DNA from: Candidatus Uhrbacteria bacterium
Lineage (GTDB): Bacteria; Patescibacteriota; Patescibacteriia; UBA9934; GWF2-40-263
DNA: 63,264 bases
Direction of reading: 5' to 3'
Assembly: GCA_016188475.1 (NCBI GenBank)
Contig: JACPHT010000004.1
Location: 1-63,264 of the forward strand
Shown here: piece after piece, positions 18,095 to 25,617 of the stretch
Position numbering within the stretch: position 1 is the stretch's first letter
How the letters are laid out: each line of letters starts with the position of its first letter
Notes under the pieces: generated by a model
What the model saw: only the letters and a program-made list of their open reading frames with translations
Databases searched by the model: none
Told to the model about the DNA's origin: nothing
Made by a program: the position numbers and the translations under genes

Positions 18095-20228
18095 CGCTGA
18101 AGTCGAGCTTCCAGACGGATCTATCAATACAGATGAAGTGCTCAACGACTCTCTCACCTTCGCAGATATTTCAAATTCCTCTGCCATTGATGCAGATACA
18201 ACATTCACAGGGGCAGATGGTATTCAACTCACTCTTACTCCTTCTGCCACTTCAGGCGACTACAACTTTTTCACGATTGATGCCAACCAAGTTGACGATG
18301 GAGTCGCCACAGACGACTTTGACGCCATGCATCTTGATCTCACCTCTGAATCCGACGATGCAGGCGACACGTTTGATGGTCTTGTCATTAACTGGGAAAA
18401 CGGCACTGCAAACACAATCATTGATAGCGCGATTAAGATTGATAATGCTGAAACAACCGCTGGCACAATGACAGATGCAATCATCATTACTTCTTCTGGA
18501 GTTGACGCTGGAGTCACAGACGCAATTGACGTCTCGGCCGCTAATATTACAAATGCTATTAACGTTGGTGGAAACGTAATCCTTGGTGGAGCCGCAGTTA
18601 TTAACTTCGATGGATTCGATGTGGCCGCAACAACAGGCGCGACTATCATTGCAGGTTCTGCCGAAGGCACAGCCGCTCTAACACTTACAGCAGGTGATGT
18701 TGTTCTAACAGACGGAGATATCACATTGACAAGCGGTCAGATTGAGATCCCGGACAACACAGCTTCTTTCACAGTTTTGGAAGATGCAACAGGTGGAGCA
18801 GACTATTTGGCCATTGCAACAACAGATGGTTCTGAGACAATGACGGATGACAATGCTATTACTGATTTCACTTTCACTGGTGGTGTTACTGCAAGTAACG
18901 ATCTTGCTGTGGCTGATGATTTCTCAGTTGAAGGAATCGTGGATTTTGGAACATCAGATACGATGGCTGATAATGATCTAACGCCTTCAGTGAGCGGAGC
19001 AGCGATCTTTGTTAGTCAAGCAACTGAAGATACAATCACTAAATTTGATGATGCAGTTGAGGGACAGATTTGGATCATAAATCATCAGGGAATAGCTGGG
19101 GAGACATTTGATTGTGATAATACGGACGGAGGGAATGATGATTTACAGTGTGGAAGTGCTGATATTACAGCTTCTGCAAACGATACAACTGTGTGGTATT
19201 ATAGCTCTGGTGGTGCATCACAGCTTATAAGTTGGGTGAAAAACGGCAGTGCACAAACTGGTACTGACCTTGCGGAGTGGTTCCCGGCAACTGAAGAACT
19301 TGAGGCTGGCGATGTGCTTGTTGCAAGCAGTTCAGATCCAGTCAACGTTAGTAAGAGTTCATCTGGCTATCAGAAAGGTCTTATCGGCATTGTCGCTACA
19401 CAGCCAGGTTTAATTCTCGGTGAACAAGGAACATCAACTTACGCGGCACAAGTCGCTCTTGCTGGACGTGTTCCTGTAAAAGTATCTGACGAAAATGGAG
19501 CTATTGAAATCGGTGATTATTTGACTTCATCAGCGACACTTTCTGGATACGCCATGAAAGCAACTGAAACAGGTCCAGTTATCGGTATGGCAATGGAGGC
19601 GTTAGAAAGCGGATCAGGCTTAATCACTGTTAAGGTTGACAACATGTGGTACTCACCTTCAAGTGATACACTTCAGGGTGGAAATGCCGCCGCAGTGTCA
19701 AGCGCGGAAACAGTAACATCCGGCGATTACTCCTTCGAAGGCTCTGTCATAGTTGCCGAACACCTCTATGGCTCTCGCGATATGGCAGGCCGAGTTCGAT
19801 TGGCTTCAGGAAAAGACAGTGTCAAAGTGACATTTGAAAAACCTTACTCAGAAGGTTCAACTCCGATCATAACCTTTAGTTCTCGAAGCAATTCTGATTC
19901 TGCGCAAGGAGCATGGGTTAGCGATGAAAGTACAACCGGATTTACAATCAACAGATCCAATTCCGAAGCGCAAGTTGAGTTTAACTGGATCGCGATTGGT
20001 GTGAATGACGCTCAAGTGACAGTTTCTGATGATTATTCAGACGGAACAAGCGTTTCTGTGAATGATCAAAATGGTCCTTCAGCGCCAGCGCCAGTTGAGC
20101 CAGTAGCAGAGGAAATGGCTCCGGCGGTTGACGAACTAGTTGTCGAGGAACCAGCAGTAGCTGAAGAAGCTCCTGCAGAGGAACCAGCACCTGAAGTTCC
20201 AGTGGTTGAAGAGCTTCCAGTTGAATAA
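18069..20228 (+). CDS. giant surface fibre protein, C-terminal part (frame +1 relative to 14417-18094; no convincing start codon of its own)
   Basis: The ORF-track entry is 17967-20228, but its first roughly 34 codons merely overlap repeat copy 1 out of frame. From about 18075 the sequence reads TTDGTGDAEVELPDGSINTDEV..., which matches the upstream protein's composition. It contains repeat copy 2 in frame and a C-terminal globular part (GTDLAEWFPATEELEAGDVLVAS...IGIVATQPGLILG...). The tail is acidic and rich in Pro, Glu, Ala and Val. Confidence 0.7.
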   Translation, partial: FCTTDGTGDAEVELPDGSINTDEVLNDSLTFADISNSSAIDADTTFTGADGIQLTLTPSATSGDYNFFTIDANQVDDGVATDDFDAMHLDLTSESDDAGDTFDGLVINWENGTANTIIDSAIKIDNAETTAGTMTDAIIITSSGVDAGVTDAIDVSAANITNAINVGGNVILGGAAVINFDGFDVAATTGATIIAGSAEGTAALTLTAGDVVLTDGDITLTSGQIEIPDNTASFTVLEDATGGADYLAIATTDGSETMTDDNAITDFTFTGGVTASNDLAVADDFSVEGIVDFGTSDTMADNDLTPSVSGAAIFVSQATEDTITKFDDAVEGQIWIINHQGIAGETFDCDNTDGGNDDLQCGSADITASANDTTVWYYSSGGASQLISWVKNGSAQTGTDLAEWFPATEELEAGDVLVASSSDPVNVSKSSSGYQKGLIGIVATQPGLILGEQGTSTYAAQVALAGRVPVKVSDENGAIEIGDYLTSSATLSGYAMKATETGPVIGMAMEALESGSGLITVKVDNMWYSPSSDTLQGGNAAAVSSAETVTSGDYSFEGSVIVAEHLYGSRDMAGRVRLASGKDSVKVTFEKPYSEGSTPIITFSSRSNSDSAQGAWVSDESTTGFTINRSNSEAQVEFNWIAIGVNDAQVTVSDDYSDGTSVSVNDQNGPSAPAPVEPVAEEMAPAVDELVVEEPAVAEEAPAEEPAPEVPVVEELPVE
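18624..18842 (+). repeat. 219-bp direct repeat, copy 2
   Basis: See 17849-18067. Both copies encode AATTGATIIAGSAEGTAALTLTAGDVVLTDGDITLTSGQIEIPDNTASFTVLEDATGGADYLAIATTDGSETM. Confidence 0.9.
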
Positions 20229-20245
20229 TTAAAGAATTTGAAAAA

Positions 20246-20270
20246 AGCAGGGTCGTTTGACCCTGCTTTT
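20246..20270 (+). terminator. intrinsic terminator of the surface-protein operon
   Basis: The sequence is agcagggtc-gttt-gaccctgct followed by tttt, starting 18 nt after the stop at 20228. Confidence 0.8.
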
Positions 20271-20466
20271 AGATTTCCCAAAAATAATTTATAGGCGCGG
20301 TGCCCACACCACACCTATTTTGCAATGATGTGAAAAACCACTTGTCAGCCACATGGTCGTGAGGTAAGATAATCACCAGTTTAATACTGTGAAATATTTC
20401 CTAATATTGCCTGAGCTGGCCTCCCGTGAGCTTGTCGAACGGTCGAAGGCTGTAAGCGAATAAATT

Positions 20467-20504
20467 AAATTTTACCCCTTCGACAGGCTCAGGGAATAAA
20501 ATTT
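20467..20504. repeat. stem-loop repeat, core CCCCTTCGACAGGCTCAGGG
   Basis: The sequence is aaatttta-ccccttcgacaggctcaggga-a-taaaattt. A composite copy in the opposite orientation (cctgagctgg...gtgagcttgtcgaacggtcgaagg) lies at 20410-20449. Confidence 0.85.
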
Positions 20505-20514
20505 GAGTTGCTAT

Positions 20515-20988
20515 ATGTCCATTGAATCTAAACTCAATCGCGGTCCTGTTATTCGTCCAATGGGTCAGTCAGAAGAAAAGAAAAAAAGTAATCCATGGGT
20601 GTGGATAATTGTCATTCTAACTATTATTGTTGCTGGGGCGCTTTGGTGGTATCGTTCAGCTACTTCGCCAGGAGATCCCTCGGCTTCGCTCGGGATGACA
20701 TCAATAGAATATCAAGCAGTCTTCCTTGATAATGGGCAGGTTTATTTTGGTAAGCTGAAAAAGTCAGGAGAAGATTTTTACGAACTAACAGATGTTTTTT
20801 ATCTTCAAACCGGAGCCGTTGGGATAGATCAAGCATCTAATCTTTCGCTTGCAAAACTTGGAAACGAGGCGCACGGGCCAGAAGATAAAATGCAAATCAA
20901 CAAAGATCACGTTTTGTTTATTGAAGACATGAAGAGTGAAAGCAAAGTCGTTAAAGCAATTCAAGATTATTATTCAAAAAAGGAATAA
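20515..20988 (+). CDS. membrane-anchored hypothetical protein
   Basis: The ORF track begins at a TTG at 20503 inside the repeat. The ATG at 20515 gives MSIESKLNRG...NPWVWIIVILTIIVAGALWWY (one TM helix). It contains an in-frame repeat-derived segment, GDPSASLGMT (20674-20699). Confidence 0.6.
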   Translation: MSIESKLNRGPVIRPMGQSEEKKKSNPWVWIIVILTIIVAGALWWYRSATSPGDPSASLGMTSIEYQAVFLDNGQVYFGKLKKSGEDFYELTDVFYLQTGAVGIDQASNLSLAKLGNEAHGPEDKMQINKDHVLFIEDMKSESKVVKAIQDYYSKKE

Positions 20989-21000
20989 CATTTATCCAAC

Positions 21001-21039
21001 AAAATTTTATCCTTCGACAAGCTCAGGAAATAAAATTTT
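21001..21039. repeat. stem-loop repeat, core CCTTCGACAAGCTCAGG
   Basis: The sequence is aaaattttat-ccttcgacaagctcaggaa-ataaaatttt, with a perfect 10-bp outer stem. Confidence 0.85.
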
Positions 21040-21070
21040 AATCTGTTTCGTAATTCAAAGTAATCATACT

Positions 21071-23500
21071 ATGACTAACATTTTTCAGAAAATCACTTCG
21101 TGGTCAGTGTACCTGCTCTTTTTCATTCTTCCTCTTTTTTTCCTTCCATGGTCAACAAGCATTCTTGAACATAATAAACAACTGCTTCTTGTTGTTTTGT
21201 CCATTCTCGCTCTTGTCGCGTGGCTTGGGCAAATGGTGATGACTAAGCATCTAACTTTTCGTTCAGGATGGTTGAATATAATTCCCGGCGCTTTCTTGCT
21301 TGCTGTTCTTATTTCAGCCTCGACTTCGTTTGCCGGTTATCAAAGTTGGGTTGGTCAGGCTTCACAGGAATACACAAGTTTTCTTTCAATCGCGATGTAT
21401 GTTGTTTTATTCTATGTCTTGATGAATAACGCAAGCGGAACACAGACACAACGGAACATTCTTTTTGCGGTTTTATTATCTTCAGCGATTGTAGGTCTTA
21501 TCGCGCTTGTTGGAATGTTCAATCTTGTCCACTTGCCTTTTGATTTTGCCCAGTCTCTTGGTTTTAACACGGTTGGAACAATCAATGGTCTTATATCATT
21601 TCTTACAGTTGTCATGTTTACAGGTCTTGCAATGTGGCTTGTATCGCATCAAGGACGCGATCGCGTAATTCCACTTGGTAATTTGGGAATAGTAATGCGA
21701 GTATTGATCGTTATTGTAACTTTGGTAAATCTTGTTGCTTTGATCGCGATTGATTTTGGTGTTTTTTGGATCACCAACATTATCGGTGTTTTGCTTCTTG
21801 CCGCGTTTGGGTTTATTCAGTCACAAGAATTTCCAAGTCCAAAACGATTTGCTCTTCCGCTTGCTGTGTTGCTTGTGAGTATTTTGCTTCTTTTTCTTCC
21901 AACACCGCTTAAACTCAAACTGCCGATTGTTGTTTCGCCAAGTTATGGAACAAGTTGGGGAATTACGACTGCGGCTCTTGGTTCCAATTCAGGAAATATG
22001 TTGTTTGGAACAGGGCCCGGAACATACATGCATGATTTTCTTGCATTCAAACCGGTTGCTGTGAACTCATCGCAATTTTGGTCGTTAAATTTTGATCGAG
22101 CAAAGTCAGATTTATTTACGACTTTTGCAACACTAGGAATTGTTGGATCAGCTCTTTGGCTTGCACTTATGATTTGGGTTGCTGCGAAAGCGCTTGGTCG
22201 TTTGATTTTTGAGCGCGACCACGAAGAATGGAAAATGACGTATGTGATTTTTGTAGGATGGGCAATTTTGTTTGTCTCTCACTTGCTATATTCCTCGAAT
22301 ATCACAATGGAGTTTATGCTTTGGGGATTTACAGGGCTTCTTGCGTCACAAGTTATGCTCAAACTTTGGAATACCGATTTTGGTAAATCACCAAAGCTAG
22401 GCCTCGCAACTTCATTCGCATTCGTGCTTGTTGCTGTTGGTGTTCTTGCCTCTTTGTTTGTGACAGGTCAACGATACGCGGCTGAAGTTGCGTTTGCTAA
22501 AGCTGTGAAGGCCGACAAGGCAGGAGCGAACATTGACGAAGTAGCTGGCCAGCTTCAGCGCGCTGTAAAGTTGAACGGTTTGAGCGATATTTATTATCGA
22601 AATCTTGCCGCCGCTCAACTTTCACAAGCAAACCAAAAAATTTCAGCGGCCGGCGGAAAAGAACTTACAACAGAACAAACTCAAGAAGTCTCAAAACTTG
22701 TTTCTTCCGCGATCGAGTCAGCAAGTCGCGCAACAGCTCTTGAACCAAATTATGTTGCGAACTGGACAGTGCGCGGATCGATCTATCGCGATGTTATGAG
22801 TTTTGCGCAGGGCGCGGAAGATTTAGCGGCACAGATGTACATGAACGCGATACGGCTTGAACCGAACAATCCTGTTCATCGAGCAAATTTAGGGCGTGTT
22901 TATTTAACTGTTGCAAATCGCGCGAAGTCGCTTAAGTCAGCTGAAGACAAAGAACTTGCAAAAACAGCAACTGAACAAGAAACAAAACTTCTTGCCTCGG
23001 CTGAACAGGCTTTCACATCAGCTATTAAATTAAAGAATGATTATCTTCCAGCGCATTATTATCTTGCCGCAACTTACGAGCGACAAGGTCGTTTGGAAGA
23101 AGCTGCAACTCGACTTGCCGCGCTTCGAAACAATAATCAAGCTGACATCGGAGTCGCTTTTCAACTTTCACAAATGTTGATAAGACTTCAGCGATATGAT
23201 CTTGCGACAAAAGAATTGGAGCGTATTGTAGGACTCAAATCGGATTACTCAAACGCTCTGTGGTATTTGGCGTCAATGTACGAAGTCGGCAAGAAACAAA
23301 CAGACGCGATTAAGTTGATTGAAAAGGTTGTTGAACTCAATCCTGATAACGAACTTGCAAAGACTCGTTTAGCTAGAATGAAAAATGGCGAGATGACAAC
23401 TGTTTTACCAGAGCCGATTCAAGAAGGGCAGGGAAATCCAACCGAGGTTCCGGTTGGAGAAGTGGTTGAAGAACCAGCGCCAGCAGAAACAGCGGAGTAA
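21071..23500 (+). CDS. polytopic membrane protein, O-antigen-ligase (Wzy_C)-like, with a C-terminal TPR-repeat domain
   Basis: The ORF-track start at 20936 runs through the repeat. The ATG at 21071 gives MTNIFQKITSWSVYLLFFILPLFF. It has at least 10 hydrophobic helices and the segment LFGTGPGTYMHDF. The C-terminal roughly 330 aa show TPR-like periodicity (ALEPNYVANWTVRGSIY..., AIRLEPNNPVHRANLGRVY..., AIKLKNDYLPAHYYLAATY...). Confidence 0.65.
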   Translation: MTNIFQKITSWSVYLLFFILPLFFLPWSTSILEHNKQLLLVVLSILALVAWLGQMVMTKHLTFRSGWLNIIPGAFLLAVLISASTSFAGYQSWVGQASQEYTSFLSIAMYVVLFYVLMNNASGTQTQRNILFAVLLSSAIVGLIALVGMFNLVHLPFDFAQSLGFNTVGTINGLISFLTVVMFTGLAMWLVSHQGRDRVIPLGNLGIVMRVLIVIVTLVNLVALIAIDFGVFWITNIIGVLLLAAFGFIQSQEFPSPKRFALPLAVLLVSILLLFLPTPLKLKLPIVVSPSYGTSWGITTAALGSNSGNMLFGTGPGTYMHDFLAFKPVAVNSSQFWSLNFDRAKSDLFTTFATLGIVGSALWLALMIWVAAKALGRLIFERDHEEWKMTYVIFVGWAILFVSHLLYSSNITMEFMLWGFTGLLASQVMLKLWNTDFGKSPKLGLATSFAFVLVAVGVLASLFVTGQRYAAEVAFAKAVKADKAGANIDEVAGQLQRAVKLNGLSDIYYRNLAAAQLSQANQKISAAGGKELTTEQTQEVSKLVSSAIESASRATALEPNYVANWTVRGSIYRDVMSFAQGAEDLAAQMYMNAIRLEPNNPVHRANLGRVYLTVANRAKSLKSAEDKELAKTATEQETKLLASAEQAFTSAIKLKNDYLPAHYYLAATYERQGRLEEAATRLAALRNNNQADIGVAFQLSQMLIRLQRYDLATKELERIVGLKSDYSNALWYLASMYEVGKKQTDAIKLIEKVVELNPDNELAKTRLARMKNGEMTTVLPEPIQEGQGNPTEVPVGEVVEEPAPAETAE

Positions 23501-23508
23501 AAAGTATA

Positions 23509-23530
23509 GGCGGGGTCCCATGACCCCGCC
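23509..23530. repeat. REP hairpin GGCGGGGTC-CCAT-GACCCCGCC (also acts as terminator of the 21071-23500 gene)
   Basis: It has a perfect 9-bp G+C stem, is preceded by ATA and followed by TTTT, and lies immediately 5' of the RAYT gene. Confidence 0.85.
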
Positions 23531-23541
23531 TTTTGCATTGT

Positions 23542-24108
23542 ATGGCGCAAACACATCGTTATCATCAATCTCTTCATCAACTTAATGGAATTCATTTTAT
23601 TTCTGCAACGACTTATCATAGAACAATGTATTTTTCTGATAGCCAGATATGTTTGATCTTGCAACAGCAGATGATGTTTTATAGTAAATTATATCAAATA
23701 GATTTATTGAGTTTTGTCATCATGCCAGATCATTTACATTGTCTGATTTGGCCGCAAGGTGAAAAAACATTTAGTGACTTTATGAGAGGTGTGAAATCGT
23801 ATTCAGGAAAGAAAATTTTGGAGGAATTGGATAGGCGGGGTCCCCAGACCCAGCCCATCAAGACGAATTACGAGTATAATAATAGATTGGGTGTCAGTAC
23901 AAACATCAATAGGCGTGGTCCCATGACCCCGCCAGTACGAAAGATATGGCAAGATACATTCTTTACATATTTTATAGATTCTGTTTTTAAACTTGAAGAA
24001 AAATTAGAATACATAAAACAGAATCCAATTAAAGCAGGTTTGGTTTCGACATCGGAAGCTTATAGATGGTTGTATGTAAATCCGAAAATAAATGAGATTG
24101 AATTTTAA
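23542..24108 (+). CDS. REP-associated tyrosine transposase (RAYT, IS200/Y1-like HUH enzyme)
   Basis: It has the HUH motif VIMPDHLHCLIWP and the catalytic Tyr helix LEYIKQNPIKAGLV...YRW. The ATG at 23542 is preferred over the TTG at 23533. Two REP copies lie inside the CDS, between the HUH and Tyr motifs. Confidence 0.8.
   Translation: MAQTHRYHQSLHQLNGIHFISATTYHRTMYFSDSQICLILQQQMMFYSKLYQIDLLSFVIMPDHLHCLIWPQGEKTFSDFMRGVKSYSGKKILEELDRRGPQTQPIKTNYEYNNRLGVSTNINRRGPMTPPVRKIWQDTFFTYFIDSVFKLEEKLEYIKQNPIKAGLVSTSEAYRWLYVNPKINEIEF
23834..23855. repeat. REP copy inside the RAYT CDS (degenerate right arm)
   Basis: The sequence ataGGCGGGGTCCCCAGACCCAGCC encodes ..DRRGPQTQP.. Confidence 0.8.
23912..23933. 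repeat. REP copy inside the RAYT CDS
   Basis: The sequence ataGGCGTGGTCCCATGACCCCGCC encodes ..NRRGPMTPP.. Confidence 0.8.
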
Positions 24109-24109
24109 A

Positions 24110-24131
24110 GGCGAGGTCTGGGGACCCCGCC
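24110..24131. repeat. REP copy immediately 3' of the RAYT gene, inverted orientation
   Basis: The sequence is GGCGAGGTCTGGGGACCCCGCCtat. Its reverse complement matches the copy at 23834. Confidence 0.8.
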
Positions 24132-24151
24132 TATCAAACTCTACTCATCAA

Positions 24152-25288
24152 TCATGTTTTTATTTTTTCTTTCAAATGTTCTATCAATTCTTTTTCTACT
24201 TCCGCGATATTTTTTTTCAAAAAACAGAGTCGAACTTCTTCTCTCACGCCAGACGCATGAAATGCTGAACATAGCGAAATAGCGTCAAGTGGTTTTTCAG
24301 CTCGCACAATAGCGCAAACATTTCGTTCAGAATTTTCGTACATTAGTACGACTATTTTTACGTCAGGCGAAGTCGCGATTAGTTCATCAACAACATCCGG
24401 AAGATCGTTTTCCTGCGCTCGAGCAAGCATAAAATCTTGCTGAGAGAGCATTGTCCAGACAATTTTTTCCTGCTCATCCATTTTCAAACGAGCAAGTGCG
24501 CGTCCCCACAAACGAAGCGTATCAATCGAACGAGTGCGATACAGGTTCTGAACTATGTGTTCGCGCTTTGCTCCTTTTGCAATGAGTTTGCTTGCTGTTT
24601 GAAAAGTTTTCGGCGTGACATTGCTTGTTTTGAAACTTTTTGTTTTGGCTATCATGCCTGTTAGAAATGCCGTTGCCACTTCTTCGTCAATAAGTCCATT
24701 TTCAATCGAGTCTATAAGATCGTGACAAACTTCTCCGCAAGCTGAAGCCGTTAAATCAACTACATTTATTTGTCCGTAATTTTCGTTGTTTGGCGAATGA
24801 TCAATGTTGATGATAGGCGTGCGGTAAAAAAAATCAGGATTCTCCGAATACAAATGCGCGCATGATTCATAATCCGGCGAACCAATACAAATAATCAGGT
24901 CAAATTTATATTCGGATGAACTTGTACGAACATCTTTTTGATCCCAGAATCCCTGTTTTGGAGAAAGATAAACGCGAAGTTTTTCGTCTTTAATTTCATA
25001 TGAAAGTTCTCCAACTTTTGTTTTCGACGCGTCAAGCTCTATAACAAAACGACGAAGGTCTTCGAGTTTATCTTTTATATCTTCATGTCCTGAAAGGAAA
25101 TGGATATTTTTTGCCGGCTTTCCGTCAGCAGCGACGATTGTTGTTTGCTTGTCGAGTTTTTTTAGAACTTTTGCAAAACCAAGCGCACTTGCGTAATGAT
25201 CGGCGCCAGCTCCTGATGGTACACAAATAAGCGGATGATTGCTCCGCTTAATGGCTTCCAAAACTTGTTGTGATTGAAGAAGTGCCAT
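24152..25288 (-). CDS. DHH-family phosphoesterase (NrnA-like), catalytic motifs partly degenerate
   Basis: The start is placed at Met27 of the ORF-track protein (MALLQSQQVLEAI...), because the upstream 26 codons run through a short-repeat tract. It has the DHH-family layout (..ICIGSPDYES.., INIDHSPNNENYG, C-terminal DHHA1-like region). The canonical DHH motif reads DHS. Confidence 0.6.
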   Translation of the reverse strand: MALLQSQQVLEAIKRSNHPLICVPSGAGADHYASALGFAKVLKKLDKQTTIVAADGKPAKNIHFLSGHEDIKDKLEDLRRFVIELDASKTKVGELSYEIKDEKLRVYLSPKQGFWDQKDVRTSSSEYKFDLIICIGSPDYESCAHLYSENPDFFYRTPIINIDHSPNNENYGQINVVDLTASACGEVCHDLIDSIENGLIDEEVATAFLTGMIAKTKSFKTSNVTPKTFQTASKLIAKGAKREHIVQNLYRTRSIDTLRLWGRALARLKMDEQEKIVWTMLSQQDFMLARAQENDLPDVVDELIATSPDVKIVVLMYENSERNVCAIVRAEKPLDAISLCSAFHASGVREEVRLCFLKKNIAEVEKELIEHLKEKIKT

Positions 25289-25453
25289 GTGAAGAAGAAG
25301 TGATGAAGTGGCAAAGTGATGAAGTGAAAGGTGTGTCACTCCATTACTCCATGACTTATTCGACAAGCATGGGAATAGAGTAGCTTACAACTTCCTAAAA
25401 AGAGCGTCAATAGACTGTTGAAAGACTGTTGATAGATTCCGTTTGCATTGCAA

Positions 25454-25497
25454 GCCAAATTTTATTCCCTAAGCCTGTCGAAGGGGTAAAATTTGGC
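25454..25497. repeat. stem-loop repeat, core CCCTAAGCCTGTCGAAGGGG
   Basis: The sequence is gccaaatttta-ttccctaagcctgtcgaagggg-taaaatttggc, with a perfect 11-bp outer stem. A second, composite copy follows at about 25505-25560. Confidence 0.85.
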
Positions 25498-25617
25498 TAA
25501 TTCGTTTACAGCCTTCGACCAACCTTCGCCAGAGGCTATGGTCGGCAAGCAGGCTCAGGCAATAATTTGAGTTTTATTGTGTATTGAAAGAAAAATCCCC
25601 TCCAAGTAAGGAAGGGA

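Noticed and set aside
15259-18724. Long minus-strand ORFs inside the fibre genes (15259-15693, 15949-16302, 17515-17949, 18260-18724 and others)
   Set aside because: These are shadow ORFs produced by the stop-poor, low-complexity sequence rich in Thr, Ala, Gly and Asp. They have no RBS and they mirror the sense-strand repeats.
20936-21070. N-terminal extension of the Wzy/TPR protein that overlaps the preceding gene
   Set aside because: It crosses a dispersed stem-loop repeat (21001-21039, translated as YPSTSSGNKI). The ATG at 21071 begins a proper TM helix.
25289-25366. N-terminal 26 codons of the DHH-family ORF (MSNKSWSNGVTHLSLHHFATSSLLLH)
   Set aside because: It starts at a TTG and runs through a short-period repeat tract (gtgatgaagtg...). 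Met27 aligns with the expected start of DHH-family proteins.
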